Assembly (NCBI GenBank): GCA_964016885.1
Contig: OZ024745.1
Coordinates: 99,510,001 to 99,574,000 of the forward strand
Direction of reading: 5' to 3'
DNA length: 64,000 bases
Origin: Eledone cirrhosa
Lineage: Eukaryota
Shown: positions 12,791 through 25,650 of the stretch, in pieces
Numbering within the stretch: the first letter of the stretch is position 1
Layout: each line of letters starts with the position of its first letter
Notes under the pieces: generated by a model
The model's database searches: none
The model's input: the letters and a program-made list of their open reading frames with translations, nothing else
What the model was told of the DNA's origin: nothing
Made by a program: the position numbers and the translations under genes

Positions 12791-13540
12791 TTTAACGTTT
12801 GAAAGTATATACTTTCCTTGTGCATATTAACGGCTGAGTAGCCTAATTTGCATATCGAGTGAGTTAGTCGGCCGAGCGTACCGAATACGATAAATGGAAA
12901 AAAATGTAATTTCATTTCTCACTCTTAGTACTTAAATATAAGTATGTATACGTACATACATGTATATATATGTTTGTTTACAAACAAACCGAACATTATA
13001 ATAAATGTTCGGTAAACCCATGCGTATATATATATGTGTGTGCATGTGTGCATGTATGTATATATATACATACTACTGTACGTCTGTATATATGTATGTA
13101 CGTATACATCATCATATTTATATGTATGTACGTATACATCATCATATTTAAGTACTAACAGTGAGAAATGAAATTTCATTTTTTTCCATTTATCGTTTTC
13201 GGTACGCCCGGCCGAAATATATATATTGCTTCAAAATATTAATAAATATAGACATTCATGTGATCAAATATATTTTATTATACTCGATATGCAAATTAGG
13301 CTACTCAGCCGTTAATATGCATAAGGAAAGTATATACTTTCAAACGTTCAATCATCTGACAGGAAGGTATACGGTGAAGACGATAGCTAATAAGCTTAAA
13401 ACTAGTTCATCGTTCCTTTGTCAGTGTTGAACAAAAGGGCAACGATGGTTGCCGAACACTGTACGGCTTAACTCGGGCTGTTTGTTTACAAACAAACCGA
13501 ACATTATAATAAATCTTCGGTAAACCCATACGTGCATATA
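12789..13540. repeat. Rearranged, inverted pieces of the ~430-bp hammerhead/octamer repeat unit
   Basis: Same sequence as 17940-19200 in both orientations; hammerhead at ~13372-13412 has a mutated core (AAGACGA, AAAA). Confidence 0.85.
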
Positions 13541-13589
13541 TATATATATAATATATAAGAGCAAAAGATGGTTAAAAGAGTTCCATGTA

Positions 13590-13657
13590 TTTTATTATGC
13601 GCATTTCAAAAACAAATATCATCATGCAATAATATTTGTGTTTTCATCAGATAAAAC
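13590..13657 (-). ncRNA. Minimal type I hammerhead ribozyme
   Basis: Reverse strand: ttttat-CTGATGA-aaacacaaatatt..gatatttgtttt-t-GAAA-TGCGCA-TA-ataaaa. Confidence 0.75.
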
Positions 13658-15299
13658 AGGAAGACATGATATGAAGGTTAAAAAACACTTGTGGATAGTT
13701 CAGTTTTAAATCAACATATGAAAAGTAGTTTTAGATTGATGTGTGCTATTGGGAAAAATATTTTATTTAGAGTGGGGGGGGGATGAAAAAGAGGAGGAGA
13801 TGAGAGTAAAAAGTGGAGAGGGAGGAGTATAATGAGGAAGGATGAGATAGGAGGAGAGATGGGTGATAGAGAGAGAGAGATAGCTTTTATAACTGAGAAA
13901 GATATATTGTTTTACATAGAGAGGTTGAAAACCGTTGGAAGATAATGTATAAATTAAAAGAATTTGAAAATTAACGAAGAGAAAGATAATGTAAAGTTAA
14001 GGTTTGTATATTGAGGGGTTTGATAATATGTGCGATGAAAAAGAAAATGTTAATATGTATTGAGAATAATAATATTTAAGGTTTAATAATATGTGCGATG
14101 TTAAGAAAATGTTGATATGAATTATTAAAAGGAATAACAGGTTATTTAAGTAAGGAAATATTGAGATGAGCATGAATGAGTTAGATGAAAGGGAGAAAAG
14201 AATAATGAATTGAGGATGAATAATCTAACGTCAAAAAAATGTGTATATGTTTACGAAGGATTTTTACAAGGTGATATAGAATAAGAGTGTATTGTATTAT
14301 GTAATAATTGATTCTATGTTAGGCAAGAGTGAGAAAAGGTACAGATTAGGGGTTAGACATTAAAAGAAGAAGAGAAGAAAGGGAAGTGATAAATAGGGGC
14401 GATGTAGAATGAGTAACAAGTATTATAGAATGTATAATAACCTTTCTACAAAGAAATATGTGAATGTAACAAACTGATAATTCAAAGTCAATCTCAGGGA
14501 GCAGAGAAATTGCTCAATAAGTTCAAAGTTTTTCAAAGTCAAATAGTTCACACATCACCAGTATCCAGACACTAGTTCTATCAGAAAACTGAAAAAGAAG
14601 TTTGTTCATGCCGTTAGGGGTTAGATGTATGGTGTTTTTGAGAGTTTTCGTGGCCATTCTACCGTCTTGTCACCTTGTGTGACATAAGGTTTTGTTGTTA
14701 AAGCAAAGTCAATGAATCTTCTGTAGAGTAGCAGTCAAGCGTTGAAGAACCCAGAGTCCAACATGGCAGCCACGTCTGACGCCATAATTGTGAGAAAACT
14801 ACTGTCTCAATTTCTCGAGTCCCTGTGGTAACGAGACAGAAGGTATGGTGGTTGCGTCGGTAAAGTTACAAGCCGTTTTGAAATTTCCGATGTGTGGTGG
14901 TTTGCGTCGGTAAGGCTATGAAGCTGCCACTCACTATTCCCTGTTTTGGTCAGTGGCTAAACAATGTTGTCGCTGCTGTTGCTGTCGTTGTTGATCGTAG
15001 ACAGGACTTGTCGGTAGCCATTTTGAAATTTCTTCGTGGCGAAAAGTTTTTGAAATACTGCTAATTTTTCAAAAATCTTAAAAGGAATATTTTGTATTTT
15101 CGCAAGTTGCGAAAAGGTTGGCAACGTGGCAATAAAAGTTCAACTGAATAAAAAAGAAGGGCTGCGTTAAATTCTTACGTCGGTCACCACTTTAGCAGTA
15201 TGATTAGTAGAATGGTCGCCACTTTAACAGGGTAGATGATTGAAGGGTCGTTAGTTGCCAGTGTGGTAAGTGATAGTATCCTCGTTGGATTATCTTGTC

Positions 15300-15725
15300 G
15301 ACATAGACACAAGCATCTCCCATTTGAATTTACACAACATCAACTAGGTAGTTTATGTATGCATGCATGTGTAGACATGGATGTTAATGTATGTGTGGAT
15401 GTGTATGTTTTGAGTTGTATGTGTGCATGTGTATATGCTTTGCATCTGTACATGTGTATATGCAGTTATTAGATGCAAAATTTTGGAAATGTTTTACATA
15501 TTTTTACTGTTCCATTAATGGATTGTACTTGTAATTTCCTAACTAGTTGTGTTCTTTCTGTTCCTTTGAAGCCTAGCTTCTCAAGATTTGTATTGAGGCA
15601 GTTACTAACATACCCCAGTATCCCAATAATCACAGGCATAAATTTGAAGGTGAATCAGGGTGGAGTATCTGCAGATTTCTCATCAGTTCTGCATAAATAT
15701 TCTCCTTTTCGCTAATCTTTGATAT
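15300..15725 (-). mobile_element. R4/Dong-like LINE 3' fragment
   Basis: SKISEKENIYAELMRNLQILHPD and downstream UTR match 22475-22890 in reverse. Confidence 0.8.
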
Positions 15726-16399
15726 TATGTATGTATATATGTATGTCGGGTAAAATGTAATCCAGTACAATCCGTCGTCGTCGGCGATTAAACCGGCAAC
15801 CCCACCAAGTGCAGGACAAAATACAAAACCTGACAAAGGGCAGAAGAACTCATAAGAATCAACGGCCATCCAAAAGTGTGTAAATATGTATATTCACATG
15901 TACATATGTATTTATATGTATATGTGTATATACATGGGTGCATGTGCGTGTATATGCGCGGGGACATAGAAATAGTCGGGCTGTACACCCGATCGAGCGG
16001 TTAAACCATTGGGAGTGAAGGATCCCTAGCCTTTGTCAGGGCATCTTTCTAGGAGAAGGCAACTCAGGAAACTGGGATAACTCCGATATAAAACCTGCGG
16101 CTCAGTAGTTACCGATGATGTTGATCTTTTCTTCTTTTCGGGTTATAGCTACTGTTGCTCAGAGAGTGGGATTGGCTCAGTGCACAGTCTTTCCTCACTT
16201 TAAAAAATATCTTCACTCACAGACATTGCACGATAGAATTAATTAATAATGATTAATAATGGTATATCGTGCAATGGCCATACTCGATAGCGAGGGGCAG
16301 CCATCATCATGTATGTATGCTTGTTGAGCGAGAGACTCGTTTGCATCCAATGATGTAGACCAGTTCCTCTTTTTTCAGTAAGTGCATTCGATGTTCAGT

Positions 16400-17200
16400 G
16401 AATGGGAAAAAGCTTCAAGAACAGGCCTTTTGCTGTTATTTATTGTACTACGATATCGTAGCTATTGTTTTTGAAGGCGTTCATAAGAACAACAGAGAAG
16501 AAGGTGGAAAACAAAATTGGTGCAACTAGGCCTCCCTATTTAACAACATTCTCTACTTTTATTGGTCCAGACATAATGCCTCCAGCATTGACAGAAGCCT
16601 CCATGTTGACGAAGTGTGGAAGACCGCCCAGCTTTCCAAGGATACCCCAAAGTGCTTCCCTGCTGACTAAATCAAAAGTCTTTGTGAGATCGACCTAATA
16701 TAAGCACTGGCTCTGTTTTATACACTTTTCTTGAATTTGGTGCGCTGTAAATATCATGCCTGTACTTCCTCTGTTTGCTTCTAAAGCCGCACTGTGATTC
16801 TGGGAGAATTCTGACTGAGATATGGGAGTTCGGTCTGGACAGGATTACCCTAGACAAGATATTTCCAGCTGTACATAAAAGAACTACGCCTCTGTCGTTT
16901 CCAAAAGGTTCATGGGCTTCTTTCCCCTTGTACAGAGGAATCATAATTGTTTCTACTTTTGGCACAAGGCCAGCAATTACCCCAGTGCATTACTGGTGCT
17001 TTATTTTATCGACCCCGTAAAGATGAATGGTAAAATTAACCTCGGCGGGATTTGAACTCAGACTGTTAAGGGCCGTAACTCTATGGAGAAAAGCTGTGCG
17101 TCCGACCCTCTATCGATACTGCCAATCCACCGCCCTTGTACAGAGAAACCACAATAGCATCTCTCCACTCCTTTGAGACTTCTGCAGCTAAACAGTTGTC
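16400..17200 (-). mobile_element. RTE-clade LINE RT fragment interrupted by a SINE
   Basis: PLYKGK..GNDRGVVLLCTAGNILSRVIL..LPESQCGFR. Confidence 0.8.
16947..17132 (-). mobile_element. tRNA-derived SINE, family 1, with ~23-bp target-site duplication
   Basis: Flanked by CCCTTGTACAGAGGAATCATAAT and CCCTTGTACAGAGAAACCACAAT. Confidence 0.8.
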
Positions 17201-17244
17201 TGAAATAACACTAGGCATGACATCCTGAAACGCCAACAACAACC

Positions 17245-17810
17245 CACTAAAACCATAAAAAACTAACCCCCTAAATCCCTAAACCCTAAACCTAACCATT
17301 GCATTAACAAAATGTAAACCTAACAAACCCTAACTCTAACACTACTGATATTTTTTTAGTGGTGCATCTAGTTACGATTTGTCAATCAGGAGTTATCTCT
17401 TTTTACTCTTTTTTATTTAATAAACAACATAACGCCAAACCTAACCCTAATACTTCAACTAGTGATTATTTGCCAGTTCTGAGTTATCTCCCCTAACATT
17501 CCTAATGTAAAACTAATTCCTAAAACCACATCCCTAACGCCAATAGCTAAAGACTGTAACAAACCTAACTCTTATTGAAAAGGAGGGGCTGAAATAAGAC
17601 ATACAATTTAAAAACAATACAAATTACAATTTCTAGACAATAAAAAATACATTTTGGAAAAGAACAGTTCGCATGAAACAATTTCAATATCAATCTAATA
17701 AACACTCACACTAAACTTAAACAACTAACTCCAAAATTAAAACCGTAACACAACGTTATACTTACACCCTAACCCCTAAAATCATCCGTTGTTCTAATAC
17801 TAACCCTAGA
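17245..17810. repeat. Degenerate (CCCTAA/CCTAAC)n telomere-like tract
   Basis: Scattered AACCCTAA, CCTAAC and CCTAAA units. Confidence 0.5.
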
Positions 17811-17939
17811 ATCGCCAATGCATCAGATCGATTCTAGTAATATCATGCAGCTACAAAATGTGGGAGTAAATTCCCTTTATAAGTTATTTGGCATGCTACA
17901 TGAATACATTTATAATTTGCATTATACACACAGACACAC

Positions 17940-19200
17940 AGTTTCAAGCTTATTAGCTATCGTCAGCAGTGTATACCTTCCTGTCAGATCATTTAACGTT
18001 TGAAAGTATATACTTTCCTTGTGCATATTAACGAGCAGCCTAATTTGCATATCGAGTGAGTAAGTCGGCCGGACGTACCGAAAACGATAAATGGGAAAAA
18101 ATGAAATTTCATTTCTCACTCTTAGTACGGCTGATACTTAAATATAAGTATGTATACGTACATACATATATGTATACAGACGTATAGTAGTATGTATATA
18201 TATACATACATGTACACATATATATATATATATATGTACGTAATGGTTTACCGAACATTTATTATAATGATCGGTTTGTTTGTAAACAAACAGCCCGAGT
18301 TAAGCCGTACAGTGTTCGGCAACCATCGTTGCCCATTTGCTCAACACTGACCAAGGAACGATGAACTAATTTCAAGCTTATTAGCTATCGTCAGCACTGT
18401 ATACCTTCCTGTCAGATGATTGAACGTTTGAAAGTATATACTTTCCTTATGCATATTAATGGCTGAGTAGCCTAATTTGCATATCGAGTGAGTTAGTAGG
18501 CCGGGCGTACCGAAAACGATAAATGGAAAAAAAATGGAATTTCCTTTCTCACTCTTAGTACGGCTGATACTTAAATATAAGTATGTATACGTACATACAT
18601 ATATGTATACAGACGTATAATAGTATGTATATATATACATACATGCACACATATATATATATATATATATGTACTATGGGTTTCCCGATCATTTATTATA
18701 ATATTCGGTTTGTTTGTAAGCAAACAGCCCGAGTTAAGCCGTACAGTATTCGGCAACCATCGCTGCCCTTTTGTTCAACACTGACCAAGGAACGATGAAC
18801 TAGTTTCAAGCTTATTAGCTATCGTCAGCACCGTATACCTTCCTGTCAGATGATAAGGAAAGTATATACTTTCCTTATGCATATTAACGGCTGAGTAGTC
18901 TAATTTGCATATCGAGTGAGTTAGTCGGCCGGGCGTACCGAAAACGATATATGGATAAAAATGAAATTTCATTTCTCACTCTTAGTACGGCTGATACCTA
19001 AATATAAGTATGTATACGTACATACATATATGTATACAGACTTACAGTAGTATGTATATATATACATACATGCACACATATATATATGTACGTATGGGTT
19101 TACCGAACATTTATTATAATGTTCGGTTTGTTTGTAAACAAACAGCCCGAGTTAAGCCGTACAGTGTTCGGCAACCATTGTTTCCCTTTTGTTCAACACT
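17940..19200 (-). repeat. Tandem array of ~430-bp units (about 2.9 copies), each with a minimal type I hammerhead; retrozyme-like
   Basis: TTTCAAGCTTATTAGCTATCGTCAGCA recurs at 17942, 18370 and 18804 (periods 428 and 434 bp). Confidence 0.9.
18793..18833 (-). ncRNA. Minimal type I hammerhead ribozyme (best-preserved unit copy)
   Basis: Reverse strand: cggtg-CTGACGA-t-agct-aata-agct-t-GAAA-CTAG-TT-catcg; palindromic loop 3. Confidence 0.8.
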
Positions 19201-19618
19201 GGAGTCCGTGCTGCTGTACGGGTCTGAGACTTGGACACTGACCAAGAAACTCACCCAGATGGTGGATGGGTGCTACACGAGAATGCTGAGGATGGTTCTG
19301 AACATTAATCGATATACATTGAGGATGAAAAGCTCAGAGCTGTATGGGAGCCTCCCAAAAGTTAGCTCAAAAGTGACACAGAGGAGACTGAGGTTAGCTG
19401 GACATGATGACCGACATCCAGAGTTGACACTGCATTCAGTGCTTGTGTAAGAGCCCCTGCATGGACACACTGGAAGATGAAGACCAAGGTTAACGTATGT
19501 TGATGCCCTAAGGACTGAGACTGGTCTGTTGGAGACGCACGATATGGCAGCGATAATGAGGGACAGAGACCGCTGTAGAGAACTCGTCCATGGATCTCGG
19601 GAATTTTACCCGCCCTAG
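19201..19618 (+). mobile_element. RTE-clade LINE 3' end
   Basis: ESVLLYGSETWTLTKK..DGCYTRMLRM..RRLRLAGH; second copy at 52741-53160. Confidence 0.85.
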
Positions 19619-20264
19619 ATATATATATATATATGTGTGTGTGCGTGTATGTATTTATGTAATAGGAGAATAGTCAGGACCCCAACGGATGAGCTCCGGC
19701 CGTTTCGACAGCTAGATCCGATCTCAGTTACCCTAAGTATCGAGTACTCTGGTGCGTTATGGTCCACCTGGTTCCTTACCTCACTTTCTATGTATGTATA
19801 TTAATTGAAAATATGTATTGGTGCCCCGAAATAGCGATATACATGTGCGTATTGTACAGGCTATGTCGGAGCACCATTACAAATGTTTAATCAATGCCAG
19901 GTCGGCTACCGCTCCGTATGCAAATGAGTTTCGTCAGCTTATAAACATAGGCTAGAATTTTACGATTCAAGTTTGCATTAGTCTCAGTAAACCTCGTCCT
20001 TATTTATTTACCTGCCAGCACTTCCAACTTTATCCTGTAAGTCGAGCGGGAACTGCCACTTTTGGAGGCTTTCTGGGCTTTAGGTAGTCACAGATTGCAG
20101 ATAACTAGATTGTGAACAGTTCACCTCTCTTAACATGAATATCCGGCAAAGAATCGAGAAATTCAGAAATAACAAAATCAATTATTGATCTCTGACCCCA
20201 ATTCCCCTAATATCATTTGTATTTATGGATGTCTCTGTGCTGGAAGAAGGTTTTCCTAATAGAG

Positions 20265-20420
20265 AGCTCATGGAACATCACAACCCTTACAGGCAAAGAG
20301 CAGGAGCTTGTGAAGGTGGTTAGATGCTACCAGCTACATATAGTCGGGGTTTCATCAACAAGGTTCCATGGCTCTGTTACTGTAAATTTGTGGGAGGATG
20401 GAAGCTCCACTATTCAGGTG
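20265..20420 (+). mobile_element. LINE AP-endonuclease N-terminal fragment (RTE-like)
   Basis: SWNITTLTGKEQELV...IVGVSST. Confidence 0.6.
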
Positions 20421-20439
20421 TGGGGACAGAAATGAATGC

Positions 20440-21400
20440 ACAGAAGGAAATAATATCATTAGGATAGCCACTGATCTGGAAGATAGATATGGAATAAAGC
20501 CTGATATACATCTCTCTCCCAGGAACATTAGAAGATCCTATTCAATGCTCGAACAAGATTTAAAAAATGGACCCATTTACAGAGAAAGTTGTACATGGGT
20601 ACCTGAGACGAAAAACACAAACCATAGAGGGGATAATTCATTCAAAAAGCCTGGCATGGAGTTCCAACAAGTTTATTACATCCTACCTTGAAGGATATGT
20701 CCATGCAATACAAGAACAAGAAATCCCTACTAAAAATCTGCTACACAAAATTGGGGGGCCATCGGTCGACAATAAATGTAGGCTATGTAAAACAAAGATC
20801 GAAGATGTTAACCACATTGTTGCCAACTGTGAAGAATGTCGTCTCGTTACTACCTCCCCATGAGACACGATGTGATATCTAGAACCGTCTGGAACGCACT
20901 TAGGAAAACAAAATTAAAAACACATGAGGTGGAATATGTAGAGATAGATGGCACTAAGGAATAATGGTGGAACCTGAAATTAAAAACTGCCACCAAATTA
21001 AAGCACAACTGGCCTGATGGTTGTTTGGAACCACAGAATGAAAACGTGCTCTGTTTTAGAGATCAGCTGCCCACTTGATATCAAAGTTGTAAGAAAAATA
21101 CAGGATAAGGAGGACATCCACGGACCATTGATGAGGAGTTTTCAAATCCAATATCCAAGTTACACCTTCAGCTTCATACCCATCATTATTGGAGCTACAG
21201 GTTATATAGCAAACCGCTTGGACCAAAGTATAACTGGACTTGGATTTGTGGATAAAGAGCGCAGCTCCCTAATTCATAGACTACAAATGGCTGCGATAGT
21301 TGACACCTTCAAAATTTGCAAAATATTCATGCGACTCAAGGGATGACAATTTCTTTTCTTTTACAACCTTGCCACCAGGAAGGTGGTCAGTCAAAAATGT
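20440..21400 (+). mobile_element. R4/Dong-clade (RLE) LINE 3' half, decayed
   Basis: EGYVHAIQEQEI, CRLC..EDVNHIVANC zinc knuckle, RHD, LEISCP..IPIIIGATG restriction-like endonuclease. Confidence 0.8.
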
Positions 21401-21513
21401 ACACTAAATTAAGAGAAAGAGAAAGATAAACATACATACATACATACATACATACATACATACATACATACATACATACATACATACATACATACATACA
21501 TACATACATACAT

Positions 21514-22890
21514 GTGTTTGCTGTGCCTGTCCTAAAACCAACGTTTGGAATACTCAATTGGACGATAGACGAAATCCGAGCAATTGATGTTAGAACTCGA
21601 AAAATACTAAACAACACCGGAAACTTCCACATCAACAGTGGCATAGACCGCCTTTACTTGGAACGTAAGCAGGGAGGCAGAGGCCTAACATCAGTCCAGA
21701 CTGCATTTGAATGTTGCATTATATCCCTCCACAACATCTACGAACCTCGAAGCGTAGGAGCCCTTCTCTCGAGCAAGTCTATTTGCATAAAACAGATAAG
21801 ATCATGAGAGTTGGGAAGGAACTCCTCGAAAGATATTCCTTGTGTGATAATCAAAAACTCACACCCAGGGAAGTCGGTCAGCAGTATCGCAGTGAATCTA
21901 TGGATGAAAAACTGCATGCTTATCAACAAAACATTATGCATGGATATATTGCCAGGAAGCTCCAGAGTGAGAGTAATATAGATAAGGAAAGTAGTCTATC
22001 TTGGACCAACAACCGCTATATTGGCTCCCACTTTGAAGGATACGCTTTTGCAATCCAAGAACTGGAAATCAACCCGAAATACCTGATTCACAAAAGAGAT
22101 AGGGATGCAGGCAAAACACCTGGATGTGATATCAAGTGCAGACTCTGCAGAATTAACATCGAAGATGTCACCCATGTCATAGGCAGCTGTCCAAAGATGC
22201 CATCGCGGTACTATCTACCTATGAGGCATGATGTAGTGGCCAAAACACTGTACAATGCAATCCGTAGAAATGATAGCCCCGATAATAAATACATTAAAAG
22301 CTACAGCAATGTGGACGACATACGTATACATAATATGAAAGAGTACTGGTGGAATGTTCCAGCAAAAACCCCAATAAAACGCAGACATAACAGACCAGAT
22401 ATTATGATATGGGACAGGGTAAATAAGGCATGCACAGTAGTGGATGTTAGCTTCCCAGCAGATGCCAATATAATGTCAAAGACTAGCGAAAAGGAGAATA
22501 TTTATGCAGAACTAATGAGAAATCTCCAGATACTCCACCTTGATTATACCTTCAGATTTATGCCTGTGGTTATTGGGCCACTGGGGTATGTTAGTAACTG
22601 CCTCAATACAAATCTTGAAAAGCTGGGCTTCACAGGAAGAGAAAGAACACAACTAGTTAGGAAATTACAAGTACAAACTATTAATAAAAATATGTAAAAC
22701 ATTCCAAACATTTTATAACTGCATATACACATGTACAGATACAAAGCGTATACACATGCACACATACAACTGAAAACATCCACATCCACACATACAATAA
22801 CATCCATATCTACACATGCATGCATACATACATATCTACCTAGTTGATGTTGTGTAAATTCCAATGAGAGAGTCTTGTGTCTATGTTAGA
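21514..22890 (+). mobile_element. R4/Dong-clade (RLE) LINE 3' half, second subfamily
   Basis: DRLYLERKQGGRGL; CRLC..HVIGSC; RHD; NRPDI..VVDVS..K PD-(D/E)xK motif; preceded by (ACAT)n. Confidence 0.85.
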
Positions 22891-23664
22891 AACCGACTCT
22901 CTCTCTATTGATAAAACTTTGTGAAATTATAAAACCAGCAGAACATACATACATGATGGCTGCAACTCGATTTTGAGTAATGCCATTGCTTGATACTTAA
23001 GCATGAGCATCACTGATGTAGTTTTTTAATCCAGCTAGGGACTTACCTAAACCAGCAATACCATGGACCGCAAAAAATGTCATATATCAAGCGATGCCTG
23101 TGCTTCAAGCTTTTCTAAGTGAGAAAAGGCTTCGCCCGGGGCCAATCCCACTCTCTGAACATCGAACGAGATGTCTTAATGAAGACTAGGAATCTCTCGC
23201 TCAACAACAACAAAAAAAAAAGCTTTATTGGATGGCCGTCGACTCTCCTGAGTTCCTCTGCCCTTTGACTGGTTATGCTTTTCGTCCCGCAGTGTGTCTA
23301 AAGTCACCTTCCTCACCAAACAAGCTTGGTGAGGTTGCCAGTTTAGTTGCAGACGACCCAACCATGCACAGGTTGTATATATATATATATTTTCTCATCT
23401 GTCGCTCCCCAACTGTCATTCACTCATACTATGGCATCCTTATTGTTATCTAATCATATTACTCATGCTGTTTCTACTTAACTCCATAGCAACAATTATG
23501 TAGCTGATCGGTAGTCGATGTAGTAGATGTGTGAGTGAAGAAGGGGAAATCGATTTTCCCAAAAGATTATTATCGAGTGAACAGACGAACAAGAAAATAA
23601 GACTGCTTATTAAATATTTATTTCTGATATTGAATACAACGAATACACGTGATAAACAATAACA

Positions 23665-25650
23665 CAATCGTCGATTTAAAGTCGGCATATCTACAGCTAT
23701 ACGCGGAGGAGAAGCTGTGGCAGTATCAGCTGGTCAGGTATAAGGGCCGGACATATAGCCTGACCAGGCTCGGCTTCGGGCTGAACTCTGCACCGAAGAT
23801 CATGGCGGCGGTCCTCAAGACCATTCTGGGAAAGGCCGACAAGATGAAGAAGGCTACCAATTCCTACATCGACGACATCCTAGTGGACGAGACTGTAGTG
23901 TCGGCGGCGGAGGTCACGAGCCATTTACAAGGGTACGGATTGACTGCGAAGCCGTCGGAGGAAGGACCGGCGTGTGGAAAATTGGTGGGTCACTACCCAA
24001 TCGCTGGGTGGCTCCGGACGGCATGCAGCTATGTCAAGAGACGAGCGGACGGGGTGACTTGGAGTGACAAAGTGGGAGAGAGGACGGTGGCCATGGTGCA
24101 GGAGATCGTGGGGAGGGTGAAGGCCGGCGACCTGGTGCGAGGACGCTGGTATGTCCCCGAATCGCAGAGCGGGACCTTATGGTGTGATTTCAGCAGCATA
24201 GCGCTAGGTGTCACGTTGGAGATAGGAGGTGTCGAATTCGAGGATGCAGCCTGGCTCAGGAAGAAGGATGATTGCAACCACATCAATGTGGCCGAGCTGG
24301 ACGTGGTATTGAGAGGGGTGAACCTCGCCTTGAGGTGGGGACTGTGCACCATTGAGATTCGCACCGACTCGGCCATTGTACTCGGATGGGTGAGATCAGT
24401 CCTTACCAGTGAGAAGAGAGTGCGAACGAGAGGGGCGGCGGAAATGCTGATAAAGCGCCGCCTGGGAACTCTAGGAGAGCTGGCCACCGAGTTCGACCTG
24501 AGGTTGAGTGTAGTCTTCGTGTCCTCAGAGAAAAATAGAGCGGACGTTCTAACCAGGGTGAAGAAAGCCTGGATGGAAGCGCCGGAGGATGTAGAAGAGG
24601 GGATAGCTGCTGTGTGTCGGCTGAGCGAGTCGGAACTTAAAGGGTTGCATGACATGAACCACATGGGAGTGGATAGGACCCTGTTCCTAGCCAGGAGAAT
24701 CGACTCCGACGTTAACAGACACAGTGTCCAGAGAGTGGTCAGAGACTGCGTCCGATGTCAGTCTATCGATCCCGCCCCGGTGTGCACGAGACGGGAAGTC
24801 TCCCTGTGGATCACGACTGGAATCGATTGGCGGTGGACGCAACACACTACCGACAGGGAACATACCTCTCAATGGTTGACTGTGGACCGGGACGGATGGC
24901 GATATGGAGGGAAATGAAGACAGGTACTGCGGAGGAAATCACACGGACGTTGAGAGAGATATTCTTAGAGCGGAGCCCTGTGGATGAACTGCTGATTGAC
25001 AACAGCGCAGCGTTCCGCTCGGAGGCGCTAGGGGTGATACTTGATGGGTGGAAGGTGGACCGCTTCTTCAGAGCAGCATACAGGCCGAGCGGAAATGGAA
25101 TCGTGGAGCGACACCACCGCACAATCAAAGCAATGGCGGAGCAGAGGCACATCTCATCAATGGAGGCATTGTTTTGGTACATGTCCCCTCGGGTGGGACA
25201 TGCTGAGGAATCGGTGTCACACAGAGCAATATACAGATACGAGTAGTGGCACCCGTGCACTGTACCACAACGGCCAGTGGAGAGAGAGAACGCATTCGTA
25301 CAGGTGGGCGAAGAAGTCTGGGTTAAGCCCCCAGACGCACCTTGCACATCTCAATGGGGGGAAGGGAACGGTAACGGCCGTAAATTCCCAGAATAACGTG
25401 TCCGTGGACGGAGTGCCACGTCATATCCTGGATGTCCGTAGAATCGTTGTGTCGACGGACTCCGAGGAAGTGGAAAGCCAAAGCGCCGCCCCAACATTAC
25501 GGAGATCGCAACGGGGCCGCCGACCGCCTGGCTGGACGGCAGATTATCACATGCAGCAGTGTGAGGGGGCGTGTGGGGATGGTGTGGTGGTGTGAAGGAT
25601 GTGACCGGAAGCTGGGGACGTTTGACCGGAGGCAGAAGTGAAGTGACGTA
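23665..25650 (+). mobile_element. Ty3/Gypsy LTR-retrotransposon pol fragment (RT, RNase H, integrase), frameshifted; possible PPT and 3' LTR start near 25561-25572
   Basis: DLKSAYLQ, LGFGLNSAP, YIDD; RNase H HINVAEL/IRTDS; HxxxH..CxxC; D..DN..NGIVER integrase core. Confidence 0.85.

Noticed and set aside
24029-25347. Long antisense ORFs over Gypsy, Tx1 and RTE coding regions
   Set aside because: Shadow frames of GC-rich coding sequence with no motifs
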